Virus record (IMG/VR): IMGVR_UViG_3300030390_001591
Location: 1 to 53,433 of that record
Strand: one strand, 5' to 3'
Length of the DNA stretch: 53,433 nucleotides
From: a virus
Taxonomy: Duplodnaviria; Caudoviricetes
Shown piece after piece: positions 20,701-30,650 of this stretch; position 1 is the stretch's first letter; each line of letters opens with the position of its first letter. The translations under genes and the position numbers were made by a program. Under the pieces are notes generated by a model. The model was not told where the DNA came from. It was given only the letters and a program-made list of their open reading frames with translations, and made no database searches.

Positions 20701-22053
20701 ATGTCTAATACATACAAATCGCTTACTGAAAAGTGGGCACCGGTTTTGAATGAAGAATCAGCCGGAAATATCGGTGATAGCTACAGACGTTCTGTAACTG
20801 CTGTTGTTCTCGAAAACCAAGAAAAAGCTTTACAAGAAGCTCGTTCTGCTCAGCAAGGTTACTTGACAGAGGATGCGCCTGGTGGTGCAAATACTGGTTC
20901 GATCGACAAATGGGATCCAATCCTTATCTCGCTCGTACGTCGTGCAATGCCTAACATGATGGCATATGACGTCTGTGGTGTTCAGCCAATGACTGGTCCA
21001 ACTGGCCTGATCTTTGCAATGAAATCACGTTTCAATGGCGGTTCAATTTCTAATGACGAAGCACTGTTTAACGAAGCAAATACCAAGTTCTCTGGTGATT
21101 CATCTGGCACAGCTATGGATGCTGATGGTTCTGGTCTTGGAACTACTGATGGTACTGCTGGTACTGCAACTACCCTAGACGATGAGCGTGCATCTGCTCA
21201 ACCAAGAGGCGGTATGGATACTGCAAATGGTGAAGGTCTTGGAACCACTGGTACTTCTCCAAACTCTGCTTTCAATGAAATGGGTTTCACCATTGAGAAA
21301 GCAACTGTATCGGCCAAAACACGTGCATTGAAAGCAGAATATTCGCTTGAACTCGCACAGGATCTGAAAGCAATCCACGGTCTGGACGCTGAAAGTGAAT
21401 TGGCTAACATTCTTTCGACTGAAATCCTCGCAGAAATCAATCGTGAAGTTATCCGTACTATCAACAGCCAAGCTAAAACTGGTGCTGCTACTTCTCAGAC
21501 AGCTGTCAATGGTATCTTCTCATTGAAAGATGATGCAGATGGTCGTTGGAGTGTTGAAAAGTTCAAAGGTCTGATGGTTCAAATCGAACGTGAAGCCAAC
21601 ACAATTGCAAAAGAAACTCGTAGAGGTCGTGGTAACTTCATCATTACTTCTTCTGATGTTGCTTCCTGCTTGTCTGCTACTGGAATGTTGGACTATGCTC
21701 CAGCTCTGAAAGATAGCCTGACAGTCGACGATACTGGTAATACTTTTGCCGGTGTTCTTAACGGTCGTACCAAAGTATACATCGATCCATATGCAACAGT
21801 GGATTATGTAAACGTTGGCTATAAAGGTACCAATGCTTATGATGCAGGTATCTTCTATTGCCCATACGTACCGCTGACCATGGTCCGCGCCGTAGGCGAG
21901 AATGACTTCCAGCCACGTATCGGGTTCAAAACTCGTTATGGCATGGTGTCAAACCCATTTGTTGGAGCCGCTCCATCAAACGGTCTTGCTAATGTAAAAA
22001 CTAACCAGTACTACAGAATCTTCCGCGTCGATCACATTCTTGACGCTGCATAA
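20701..22053 (+). CDS. gp23: Major capsid protein gp23
   Basis: GVQPMTGPTGLIFAM, RALKAEYSLELAQDLKAIHGLDAE, FQPRIGFKTRYG. Confidence 0.99.
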   Translation: MSNTYKSLTEKWAPVLNEESAGNIGDSYRRSVTAVVLENQEKALQEARSAQQGYLTEDAPGGANTGSIDKWDPILISLVRRAMPNMMAYDVCGVQPMTGPTGLIFAMKSRFNGGSISNDEALFNEANTKFSGDSSGTAMDADGSGLGTTDGTAGTATTLDDERASAQPRGGMDTANGEGLGTTGTSPNSAFNEMGFTIEKATVSAKTRALKAEYSLELAQDLKAIHGLDAESELANILSTEILAEINREVIRTINSQAKTGAATSQTAVNGIFSLKDDADGRWSVEKFKGLMVQIEREANTIAKETRRGRGNFIITSSDVASCLSATGMLDYAPALKDSLTVDDTGNTFAGVLNGRTKVYIDPYATVDYVNVGYKGTNAYDAGIFYCPYVPLTMVRAVGENDFQPRIGFKTRYGMVSNPFVGAAPSNGLANVKTNQYYRIFRVDHILDAA

Positions 22054-22092
22054 GATTAATCTTATATAAAAAGAGGGATTAACCCTCCAACT

Positions 22093-22119
22093 AAGCCCCA
22101 CTTCGGTGGGGCTTTTTTT
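22093..22119 (+). terminator. Rho-independent terminator after gp23
   Basis: AAGCCCCAC-TTCG-GTGGGGCTT plus U-tract; cUUCGg tetraloop typical of T4-like phages. Confidence 0.93.
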
Positions 22120-22145
22120 ATGCTTTTTTTTGTCTTAAACCGCAT

Positions 22146-22177
22146 TTAACTGTGTACATTGCCTTAGAACTGTGGTA
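22146..22177 (+). repeat. 32-bp promoter repeat, copy 1 (copy 2 at 40743-40774)
   Basis: TTAACTGTGTACATTGCCTTA(G/A)AACTGTGGTA, one mismatch between copies. Confidence 0.9.
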
Positions 22178-22181
22178 TAAA
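22153..22181 (+). promoter_or_regulatory. Early sigma70-like promoter
   Basis: TGTACA-17bp-TATAAA with TGTGG extended -10. Confidence 0.8.
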
Positions 22182-22205
22182 GGTATTAACAAAGGAGACT
22201 ACCAA

Positions 22206-22727
22206 ATGAAGCAGATCATCTCAAACCTAGAAAATGTTTTTACCGATCTTGATAAAAAATTCATTGACGGCCAAATCGAATGGGCCTTAGGACGGAAAGT
22301 AGCTCTTAAAGAATGGCGGTTGAATAACATCCTTGGTTATCACTATGGCGCAACAGTAAATGAAGGTTACAAAAATTGGGGCAAAGACGATTGGGGTTTC
22401 TACGAAGAAATGTTTCGGATTTGCGGTGGTAAAGGTCACTATAACACACTCATTCAAAATAATGATGCAGGAATTGCTCAGATATTTGAAAAGAACTGCA
22501 AAAGAACAATTGAAGCAAGAAATGCTAAAGTAGCTAAAAAGCTGGAAACATTCGGTGTCACAGAAGTTAAAGACTCAAATATTTCTAAAACCTCAGATGG
22601 TTTTCACGGAGTATTTAATGTGGAAACAGACAAGGGAGACAAGCGGATTGAAATCGATACAATCTTAGCTGGTGGATATAACATCCAATGTCTCCACCTT
22701 CGTACTCTAGTAAAAATGAAGAAATGA
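22206..22727 (+). CDS. Hypothetical early protein
   Basis: ATG at 22206 after AAAGGAGA (the ORF-track start lies inside the promoter); C-terminal TILAGGYNIQCLH. Confidence 0.75.
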   Translation: MKQIISNLENVFTDLDKKFIDGQIEWALGRKVALKEWRLNNILGYHYGATVNEGYKNWGKDDWGFYEEMFRICGGKGHYNTLIQNNDAGIAQIFEKNCKRTIEARNAKVAKKLETFGVTEVKDSNISKTSDGFHGVFNVETDKGDKRIEIDTILAGGYNIQCLHLRTLVKMKK

Positions 22728-22740
22728 AAAGGATATAATT

Positions 22741-22953
22741 ATGTGGGAAGTTAGAGGACAATTTAATAAGCCACAATCTGAAGGTAACGATTCGCAGTTG
22801 GAATGGAGTGCAATACACTGCGAATCTCGTGAAGAGGCTGAGGATTGGTGGGAATGCAGATCTAAGGCAACTTTCGGTAATGGTGGAACGACTAGTGTTA
22901 GCACCATGTTTGATCCTGATGGTAAAGTTGTTAAAGTTATGTTCAAACAGTAG
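22741..22953 (+). CDS. Hypothetical small early protein
   Basis: AAGGA RBS; lies between the previous ORF and a terminator. Confidence 0.65.
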   Translation: MWEVRGQFNKPQSEGNDSQLEWSAIHCESREEAEDWWECRSKATFGNGGTTSVSTMFDPDGKVVKVMFKQ

Positions 22954-22980
22954 AACGTAAACGATATTATTGTATAATTG

Positions 22981-23006
22981 AGGGTCCTTTCTAGGGCCCT
23001 TTTTTT
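22981..23006 (+). terminator. Rho-independent terminator
   Basis: AGGGTCCT-TTCT-AGGGCCCT plus T-run. Confidence 0.8.
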
Positions 23007-23008
23007 CG

Positions 23009-23016
23009 TATAAATA
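23009..23016 (+). promoter_or_regulatory. T4-type late promoter TATAAATA
   Basis: Exact consensus upstream of gp3. Confidence 0.8.
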
Positions 23017-23036
23017 CCAGTAACAAGGAGTTTAAC

Positions 23037-23540
23037 ATGGCAAAATTAACATCTAATATAAATTTTCTACAAAGTAATCAATTTAAAATTATTATTGATA
23101 GAAAGCAGTATGCAAATATAGAGTTCTTTGCTCAGTCTATTTCACATCCAGGTGTAGTATTTACTTCTCCTGCAATGGCATATAAACGAATTGCATCGGT
23201 GGGATTACCGGGTGATACATTAACGCTTGATGAACTTCAAATGGAAATCATAGTAGATGAGGAAATGAAATCTTACACTGAAATGTATAATTGGATTAAA
23301 CTTTTAACCGAGGATCGAAGCAACTTATCGTCTGATGTAGTCCCAATACCGCTCGTTAGTCATGAGGCAGATATACGTTTAATGATATTAAATAGTAGCA
23401 ATCAGGTGGTGAAAACTATTCAATATATAGATTGTGTTCCAACTGGAATAGGAAATATAGCATTTGCATCTACATCCGGAGAACCTAGTATGGTTACTTT
23501 TAATGCATCATTTAGAACGGAATATTTTAATATAAAATAG
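23037..23540 (+). CDS. gp3: Tail completion/tube terminator gp3
   Basis: NFLQSNQFK, FFAQSISHPG, IVDEEMKSYTEMYNWI; gp3-uvsY-uvsW synteny. Confidence 0.88.
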   Translation: MAKLTSNINFLQSNQFKIIIDRKQYANIEFFAQSISHPGVVFTSPAMAYKRIASVGLPGDTLTLDELQMEIIVDEEMKSYTEMYNWIKLLTEDRSNLSSDVVPIPLVSHEADIRLMILNSSNQVVKTIQYIDCVPTGIGNIAFASTSGEPSMVTFNASFRTEYFNIK

Positions 23541-23573
23541 AATATATATACAACTATATTATGGAGAATTGAT

Positions 23574-24020
23574 TTGTTAACACTTGAAAATATACTTGAA
23601 GAATGGCAAGAAGACTGTCAAATAGATGAAAATAATTTAGATATAAGCTCGATCGAAATTGCAAAACTTCATGCAAAATATCTTGAGATGCTGTCTATTA
23701 CAAAACTCAAGCTGAAAAAAACTGAGTTAAATCAAAAAATATTGTTAAAAGAAAAATGGCTTTACTATAATGGTAAGCTGACAGAAGATGAACTCATTGA
23801 AAAGGGATGGGAATTTGATCCATTCCGTGGAATGAAAATTATGAAAGGGGATATGAATCGCTATTATGATTCGGATATAGATATACAGCAGAGTGAAGAA
23901 AAGGTAATTTATTTTAAAACGACTGTAGAGACCTTAACTGAAATAGTAGATACATTACGTTGGAAGCACCAGACAATTAGTAATATTATAAAATGGAAGA
24001 TGTTTCAAGCCGGTGGATAG
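23574..24020 (+). CDS. uvsY: Recombination mediator UvsY
   Basis: W.EDC.ID, KLHAKY, KWLYYNGK, ISNIIKWKMFQAG; TTG start with GGAGA. Confidence 0.92.
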   Translation: MLTLENILEEWQEDCQIDENNLDISSIEIAKLHAKYLEMLSITKLKLKKTELNQKILLKEKWLYYNGKLTEDELIEKGWEFDPFRGMKIMKGDMNRYYDSDIDIQQSEEKVIYFKTTVETLTEIVDTLRWKHQTISNIIKWKMFQAGG

Positions 24021-25515
24021 AATTTTATTACAAAAGAAAAACGAAGCGATGTTACTTGTTGGCTGCGATAACGGAATTGCTATGGAGCTAAGTGAATTCT
24101 TTTCATTTTTTGTTCCAGGATACAAATATATGCCACTATTTCGTAATAAAGTATGGGATGGTAAAGTACGATTATTTAATCCTGCTAGCTATGAGTTGCC
24201 AGTCGGTTTGTTGTCTTATGTAAAAGAATTTGCTGAGAAGCGTGGATATACAGTTGAGTATGAAGATGGACCGTTTGGACCGCCTGAATCATTTAACAAA
24301 ATTGATGCTAAAGACATTATGAGTTTTATAAAGTCTCTTAATATTCATAGTAAAGGTAAGGCTATTGAAGTAAGAGATTATCAGTTTAATGCTATTTGTG
24401 AAAGCATTAGGAAAAAACGAGCAATTTTGCTATCACCAACTGGATCTGGAAAATCATTAATAATTTATGTTTTAATGAGATGGTATATGGCAAATCATGA
24501 TGATAAAGTTTTAGTTATTGTTCCTACAACATCTTTAGTACAACAGATGATGTCAGACTTTGGTGATTATTCATCTAATGATAGTGGATTTTCTGAAGAA
24601 GATTGTCATGCTATCTTTTCTGGTCAAGCTAAAATGAATATATCTGAAAACGTTTTTATTAGTACGTGGCAGTCAATTTACAAACTACCTATAACATGGT
24701 TTAGCCAATTTGGTGTTATATTTGGTGATGAAGTTCATGGATTTAAATCTAAATCTTTATCTAATATTATGAATAAGGCTAAAACAACAGTGTATCGCTT
24801 TGGTACAACTGGAACACTTGATGGAACTCAAACACATAAATTAGTACTCGAAGGATTGTTTGGAAAGGTAATGAAGGTTACCACAACTAAAGCATTACAG
24901 GATAAAAAGACCCTGGCTGCTCTTGATATCTTCATTTTAAGACTAGAACATGGAGAAGACGTCAGGCAATTAATAAGCGGATCTACATATCAACAAGAAA
25001 TAAATTTTATAATCGGAAATGAGAAACGTAATCATTTTATAAGAAATCTTGCTCTCGACCAAAAAGGCAATTCATTAGTTTTGTTCCAGTTTGTAGAAAA
25101 ACACGGTAAGATTTTATATGAATTAATACAGTCTAAGGCTGATATAAATAGAAAAGTATTCTTTGTTAGTGGTGCTACTGAAGCCACTGACAGAGAGGCT
25201 ATAAGGAAAATAACAGAAAAACAAAAAGACGCGATTATCGTGGCCAGTCTGGGGACTTTTAGTACAGGAATTAATATACGCAATCTTCATAATATTGTTT
25301 TTGCTAGCCCCTCAAAGTCACAGATTAAAGTACTTCAAAGCATCGGACGAGGACTCAGAAAAAGCGACAACGGAGTAACTACTAAACTATATGACATATC
25401 TGACGACATACAATACAAATCTAAGAAAAACTATACACTTCTTCATTCAGAAGAAAGAATAAAGATTTACAAGAGAGAGCAGTTCAATTTCAAGTTATAC
25501 AAAATAAAGGTTTAG
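24013..25515 (+). CDS. uvsW: SF2 helicase UvsW
   Basis: WDGKVRLF, SPTGSGKS, DEVH, LQSIGRGLR. Confidence 0.96.
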   Translation: MDRILLQKKNEAMLLVGCDNGIAMELSEFFSFFVPGYKYMPLFRNKVWDGKVRLFNPASYELPVGLLSYVKEFAEKRGYTVEYEDGPFGPPESFNKIDAKDIMSFIKSLNIHSKGKAIEVRDYQFNAICESIRKKRAILLSPTGSGKSLIIYVLMRWYMANHDDKVLVIVPTTSLVQQMMSDFGDYSSNDSGFSEEDCHAIFSGQAKMNISENVFISTWQSIYKLPITWFSQFGVIFGDEVHGFKSKSLSNIMNKAKTTVYRFGTTGTLDGTQTHKLVLEGLFGKVMKVTTTKALQDKKTLAALDIFILRLEHGEDVRQLISGSTYQQEINFIIGNEKRNHFIRNLALDQKGNSLVLFQFVEKHGKILYELIQSKADINRKVFFVSGATEATDREAIRKITEKQKDAIIVASLGTFSTGINIRNLHNIVFASPSKSQIKVLQSIGRGLRKSDNGVTTKLYDISDDIQYKSKKNYTLLHSEERIKIYKREQFNFKLYKIKV

Positions 25516-25519
25516 GTCA

Positions 25520-25945
25520 ATGATTACAGACAATGTCAAACAGATCAAGATGGTAAATGGTGATGAAATTATATGCGAAATATTAGAAGAACTCGAAGAC
25601 GATTTAATTGTGAGATATTGTCTATTAATTGATAAGTTTAGAACTAAGAATACTGAAGAAGAATATACTACTACTTTATATGTGCTTAAGCCTTGGATGA
25701 CATATGTTGAACAAAATGATGAGGTAATTACTGTTAATGCTTATCATTGTATGGCTTTAGCTACTCCACATTCAGAGTTAATGAAGCAGTACGAAGTGGC
25801 TCTTTCTCGGATAATTGAGATGTCGCGTGAAGAAGAAAATGAAAAAGAAGACAAAAATAATGTCTTAGAGTTTGAAGCAGATAGTGGAGTTGAAAATGTT
25901 GTGACTTTATCATTTAATAACACACCGAAGAATAAGCTTCACTGA
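25520..25945 (+). CDS. Conserved hypothetical protein (Sm-like fold, between uvsW and gp55)
   Basis: KQIKMVNGDEIICE...LKPWM pattern seen at this locus in T4-like phages. Confidence 0.7.
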   Translation: MITDNVKQIKMVNGDEIICEILEELEDDLIVRYCLLIDKFRTKNTEEEYTTTLYVLKPWMTYVEQNDEVITVNAYHCMALATPHSELMKQYEVALSRIIEMSREEENEKEDKNNVLEFEADSGVENVVTLSFNNTPKNKLH

Positions 25946-25980
25946 GCTGGATACTACCCCCTGTTTAAAGAATACTCTTT

Positions 25981-26010
25981 ATTATACCATGATTTGCATG
26001 GTATGTACAC
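25981..26010 (-). promoter_or_regulatory. Leftward (antisense) sigma70-like promoter overlapping an inverted repeat
   Basis: Reverse complement reads GTGTACA-17bp-TATAAT; ATACCATG/CATGGTAT inverted repeat spans the spacer. Confidence 0.6.
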
Positions 26011-26043
26011 CGTTTATTTTTAAAATATTAAAGATAATATCTG

Positions 26044-26072
26044 TGTACAAATAACTAAAAATATAGTATAAT
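26044..26072 (+). promoter_or_regulatory. Early/middle sigma70-like promoter for gp55
   Basis: TGTACA-17bp-TATAAT. Confidence 0.8.
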
Positions 26073-26099
26073 TGTCAATATAAAGTGGAGACATGAGAT

Positions 26100-26693
26100 A
26101 TGGCCAAAAGTAAATCTAAAAATGTTCATTATGTAAACAATGCTGAATTTTCATTATCAGTTGTTGAATACGTCCGAACAGTTGCTGAAGCAAAAAATAA
26201 TAATAACACATTACCAATTGTTCCAGATGATATTGCTATTTCATTTCTAAAAATAGCTGAAAATCTTTCACATAAATCAAATTTTATACGATATACATAT
26301 CGTGAAGAAATGGTAATGGATGCAGTAGAAAATTGTCTAAAAGCAGTAGAAAATTATAATATTGATGCCAAAACTCGTTCAGGCAAACCAAACGCTTTTG
26401 CATATTTTACTCAAATTATTTGGTTTGCTTTTCTCCGAAGAATCACAAAGGAAAAGAAACAACAAGAAATTAAAGAAAAATATATGCTTCAGTCTGGTGT
26501 GGAAGCATTTATTACGTCTTCTGGAAGCGAGGAGGCCACTCAAGTAGCTACTCACTTTGTTGATACTTTAAAAGATAGAATCAATAAAGTTAAAGAGTAC
26601 GATACAGAACTTAAAACTTATGCTAAGGCTAATAAGACACCAAAGAAAAGAGCCAGAAATGTTGATTCAGATTTACAAGATTTCTTAAAATGA
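26100..26693 (+). CDS. gp55: Late transcription sigma factor gp55
   Basis: HYVNNAEF, NFIRYTYREEMVMDAVENCL, NAFAYFTQIIWFAFLRRITKEKKQ. Confidence 0.96.
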   Translation: MAKSKSKNVHYVNNAEFSLSVVEYVRTVAEAKNNNNTLPIVPDDIAISFLKIAENLSHKSNFIRYTYREEMVMDAVENCLKAVENYNIDAKTRSGKPNAFAYFTQIIWFAFLRRITKEKKQQEIKEKYMLQSGVEAFITSSGSEEATQVATHFVDTLKDRINKVKEYDTELKTYAKANKTPKKRARNVDSDLQDFLK

Positions 26694-26911
26694 GTCAGAT
26701 TCAAGCAAGAATCAAACTTCATATGGATGCCATTCAAGACATTATGGAGTCTCCTGGACAGGATCATTTAATAGAAGGCAAAACTGATCTATTAAATCAA
26801 ATGGCTAAAGTTAGTTTATTTGCTGCACATATGAACGATGAAGACAAAGATTACTATCAAGCAGTACAATATACTCTTGAAGAAAAATCAGATTGGAATG
26901 TTAAAAAATGA
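26690..26911 (+). CDS. Hypothetical protein
   Basis: ATGA-coupled on both sides between gp55 and gp47. Confidence 0.7.
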   Translation: MSQIQARIKLHMDAIQDIMESPGQDHLIEGKTDLLNQMAKVSLFAAHMNDEDKDYYQAVQYTLEEKSDWNVKK

Positions 26912-27969
26912 AAATAGCAGTCTTGAATGATACTCATTGTGGTATTAGAAATAGCTCGGACATCTTTTTAAATAATGCAAATACCTTCTATGATAAAATA
27001 TTCTTTCCATATTGTGAAGAACATAATATTAAACAAATAGTTCACCTTGGTGACTACTATGATCATCGTAAGTTTGTTAACTTTAAAGCTCTTAATTCAA
27101 ATAGAAAACATTTTCTTAATCGATTAAGAGATCTGGGTATTGCTATGGACATTATGCCAGGTAATCACGATACATATTATAAAAATACAAACGATCTGAA
27201 TTCTCTTAAAGAACTACTTGGTCACTTTATGAACGAAATTCATATTGTAATGAAGCCAACTGTAATGGAATACGGATCATTAAAACTAGCAATGTTGCCT
27301 TGGATCACTCAAGAAAATCATGATGAATCAATAAATTTTGTAAAAAATTGTAAGGCCGATTGGCTTGGTGGTCACTTAGAACTATCAGGTTTTAATTTAA
27401 TGGCTGGTGTGATCAATCAACACGGTATGGACCACACACTTTTTAATCGTTTTGAAAAGGTTCTATCAGGTCATTTTCACACGAAGTCTCAGAGAGACAA
27501 CGTGATGTATCTTGGTTCACAAATGGAATTCTTTTGGAATGATGCACATGACAACAAATACTTTCACGTCATTGATACTGACACACGTGAAATAGAAGCT
27601 ATTAGAAACCCACATACATTGTACGAGCGTATTATATACGATGATAGTGACTATAACTATTTGGATATGAATCTTGATCATTTAGATCATAAGTTTGTCA
27701 AAATAGTCGTAAAAAATAAAAAAGATCTGTTTACATTTGATCGATTTGTTGATAGAATACAGAATAGGAAGATACATGAGCTAAAAATCGCTGAGAACTT
27801 TGACGAGTTTATTGGTGAAAACGTAGAAGACGAAAGCATTTCACTTGAAGATACTTCTACATTATTAGATAGCTATGTTGAATCTGTTGACACTGAACTA
27901 GATAAAGATCGGATAAAGGTTGATATGAGAAAACTTTTGACTGAAGCACAGGCACTTGAAATAGTATGA
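26908..27969 (+). CDS. gp47: Recombination endonuclease subunit gp47 (Mre11/SbcD-like)
   Basis: DTH, LGDYYD, GNHD, GHFH phosphoesterase motifs. Confidence 0.96.
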   Translation: MKIAVLNDTHCGIRNSSDIFLNNANTFYDKIFFPYCEEHNIKQIVHLGDYYDHRKFVNFKALNSNRKHFLNRLRDLGIAMDIMPGNHDTYYKNTNDLNSLKELLGHFMNEIHIVMKPTVMEYGSLKLAMLPWITQENHDESINFVKNCKADWLGGHLELSGFNLMAGVINQHGMDHTLFNRFEKVLSGHFHTKSQRDNVMYLGSQMEFFWNDAHDNKYFHVIDTDTREIEAIRNPHTLYERIIYDDSDYNYLDMNLDHLDHKFVKIVVKNKKDLFTFDRFVDRIQNRKIHELKIAENFDEFIGENVEDESISLEDTSTLLDSYVESVDTELDKDRIKVDMRKLLTEAQALEIV

Positions 27970-29681
27970 TTATATTTAAAAACTTACGTTGGAAAAATTT
28001 CTTATCTACTGGTGATAAGTGGACTGAAATTAATTTAAATAAGATATCATCAACATTAATTGTTGGTCAGAATGGCTCTGGCAAATCAACTATGCTTGAT
28101 GCTTTATCTTTTGCTCTATTTGGAAAGCCTCATCGTAATATTAATAAACCACAATTAGTGAATACTATTAATAATCGTGATTGTATTGTTGAGGTAAATT
28201 TCACTATAGGAAAGTACGAATATAAGGTTGTCCGTGGTATCAAGCCACAAATCTTTGAAATATGGAGAAATGATTCTTTATTAAATCAGTCATCCCACGC
28301 GAAAGAATATCAAAAAATACTTGAGCAAAATCTTCTTAAATTAAACCATAAATCTTTTCATCAGATTGTTGTATTGGGAAGCAGCTCGTTCATTCCATTC
28401 ATGCAACTACCGGCTCAACATCGTAGAGATGTGATTGAAGACTTACTTGATATTAACATATTTTCAAAGATGAATATGCTTATCAAAGAAAAGAATAGCA
28501 TTGTAAAAGAAAAACTAAAAGACCTTAACTATGACTTGGATATTGTAAAAAATAAAATAGAATCTCAGAAAAAATATATTAGAGATATAACTCAAATTAA
28601 TACGGACGAGATCAATGATAAGAAAGATAAAATTAAAGAAGTACAAGAGATCATCACGGGATTACAATTATCTAATTCCGAACTTTGCACTTTTATTGAA
28701 AAAAATGCCGAAGCCTGCTCCTCAGCGCTTAAAGCAGCCAATGATAAAAAACAGATCGTTTTGTCAGATAAGGCTACAACATCATCTTCCATTAAAAATG
28801 TCGTCACAGCTTCGAAATTTTACAAAGAGAACGACAACTGTCCTACCTGTACACAAACAATTGAACAAAGTTTTAAGCAGGGGAAGGTGGATAGCCTCAA
28901 AACCGAAGCGATCCGGCTTAAGCATACGATGGATACATTACAGAAACAGGCAGAGGAGATTACCGAAAATTTAGATAAGTGGACAAAAGCACATGAGGAA
29001 ATAAGAAAAAAACAATCCGATGTTCATTCTAATAATAAAAACATTGAGATATATCAGGATCAGATTACTGGCTACAATTCCGGTATTGCTAGATTAACTT
29101 CAAGAGAAGGTGATCTTTCTACGGCTAATTCTGATTTACTTGATATGCGTATTCAGCATGATCAATACATGGAATCACGTTTTGAATTAAATGAACAATA
29201 TTCTTATAATAGTGTTATGGGCGAAATGCTCAAAGATACAGGAATTAAGACAAAGGTTATCAAACAATATATTCCTGTTATCAACAAACTTGTTAATCAA
29301 TATCTTCAGGTTCTAGATTTCTTTGTTCATTTTAATCTAGATGAAAGCTTTCAAGAAACCATTAGATCACGTCATCGTGACGCCTTTTCATATGATTCGT
29401 TTTCTGAAGGTGAGAAACAGCGTATTGATCTGGCATTATTGTTTACTTGGAGAATGATTGCTAAGATGAAGAACTCAGTCGCTACTAATCTTTTGATTCT
29501 CGATGAAACATTTGACAGCTCACTTGATCATGATGGTGTAGATAATTTGATGAAAATATTACATACCTTAGATGATGATACAAATGTGTTTGTTATCTCT
29601 CATAAGGGAGAGATCCTTGATGGAAAATTCAAAGAAAAACTTGAATTCTATAAAGACAAAAACTTTAGTAAAGTAAAATAA
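27966..29681 (+). CDS. gp46: Recombination ATPase subunit gp46 (Rad50/SbcC-like)
   Basis: GQNGSGKS, CPTC zinc hook, FSEGEK, LILDE. Confidence 0.97.
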   Translation: MIIFKNLRWKNFLSTGDKWTEINLNKISSTLIVGQNGSGKSTMLDALSFALFGKPHRNINKPQLVNTINNRDCIVEVNFTIGKYEYKVVRGIKPQIFEIWRNDSLLNQSSHAKEYQKILEQNLLKLNHKSFHQIVVLGSSSFIPFMQLPAQHRRDVIEDLLDINIFSKMNMLIKEKNSIVKEKLKDLNYDLDIVKNKIESQKKYIRDITQINTDEINDKKDKIKEVQEIITGLQLSNSELCTFIEKNAEACSSALKAANDKKQIVLSDKATTSSSIKNVVTASKFYKENDNCPTCTQTIEQSFKQGKVDSLKTEAIRLKHTMDTLQKQAEEITENLDKWTKAHEEIRKKQSDVHSNNKNIEIYQDQITGYNSGIARLTSREGDLSTANSDLLDMRIQHDQYMESRFELNEQYSYNSVMGEMLKDTGIKTKVIKQYIPVINKLVNQYLQVLDFFVHFNLDESFQETIRSRHRDAFSYDSFSEGEKQRIDLALLFTWRMIAKMKNSVATNLLILDETFDSSLDHDGVDNLMKILHTLDDDTNVFVISHKGEILDGKFKEKLEFYKDKNFSKVK

Positions 29682-29685
29682 ATTG

Positions 29686-29714
29686 TGTACAATACTAATA
29701 AATTGTGATATAAT
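29686..29714 (+). promoter_or_regulatory. Early/middle sigma70-like promoter
   Basis: TGTACA-17bp-TATAAT. Confidence 0.8.
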
Positions 29715-29744
29715 ATACTTAATTGAAACATGGAGAAATATATA

Positions 29745-30422
29745 ATGGAACTGACTGAAAATACTCTGCAAATTCTTAAGAATTTTTCAGCAATTAATTC
29801 TAATATTGTTATTAAAGAGGGCCATACCCTTCAGACAATTGCTGAAGCTAAAAATCTTTTGGCTAAAGCCGAGGTAGTAGAAAACTTTCCACAGGATTTT
29901 GGCATTTATGATTTAAGTGAATTTTTAGGTGTACTTAATCTAGTCGATTCGCCTCAGCTAGAATTTCGTGAAGAGTATGTAACAATTGCAGACTCAAGTG
30001 GCAGATCTAAAATTAAATACAGATTTGCTGATCCAGAAATGCTTACTACAGTATCTAAAGATGTAAAAATGCCAGCGCACGATATTAGCTTTAATTTAGA
30101 TAATACTACACTAGGTCGTATTAAAAGAGCTGCTTCAGCACTAGGCCATAATGAACTAGTTATTGAGCCTGATGGCGATGGATTAGCAAGTTTAACGGTT
30201 ACTACTGTTGAAAACTCAACTGCAAATACGTATTCTATTACTGTACCAGTCGAGTCTAACCAGAGTATATATAAGCTTGTATTTAATATTTCTAATATTA
30301 AAGTTTTAGCCGGAGATTACAATGTCGAAATTTCGTCAAAACTAATTTCTAAATTTACTAACTCAGCAAATTCAATAAATTATTGGATTGCACTTGAAAA
30401 AACATCAACTTACGGAGAATAA
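29745..30422 (+). CDS. gp45: Sliding clamp gp45
   Basis: LKNFSAINSNI, FGIYDLSEFL, YWIALE; ATG at 29745 after GGAGA. Confidence 0.95.
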   Translation: MELTENTLQILKNFSAINSNIVIKEGHTLQTIAEAKNLLAKAEVVENFPQDFGIYDLSEFLGVLNLVDSPQLEFREEYVTIADSSGRSKIKYRFADPEMLTTVSKDVKMPAHDISFNLDNTTLGRIKRAASALGHNELVIEPDGDGLASLTVTTVENSTANTYSITVPVESNQSIYKLVFNISNIKVLAGDYNVEISSKLISKFTNSANSINYWIALEKTSTYGE

Positions 30423-30428
30423 AATAAT

Positions 30429-30626
30429 ATGGCCGACCATAAAAAAGCTTACGATCTAATGAACCAAGTGTCACGATCGTCTATTGCAATTATCGATACT
30501 ATCACTCAACGTGGTGGTTTTCGAGGTGAAGAACTTTCAACGATTGGTCAATTGAGGGATCAATGTGCTCAAGCAGTACAAGTAGTTGAATCATTTAAAC
30601 AAGAAGAAGCTGAAGAAGAAGAGTAA
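30429..30626 (+). CDS. Small hypothetical protein
   Basis: GGAGA RBS; QRGGFRGEELSTIG motif. Confidence 0.7.
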   Translation: MADHKKAYDLMNQVSRSSIAIIDTITQRGGFRGEELSTIGQLRDQCAQAVQVVESFKQEEAEEEE

Positions 30627-30650
30627 ACATCTATAAGGATAGACTATATA

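Noticed and set aside
22051-22087. Short palindromes before the gp23 terminator (TAAGATTAATCTTA; GAGGG...CCCTC)
   Set aside because: Too short and weak to support a separate function
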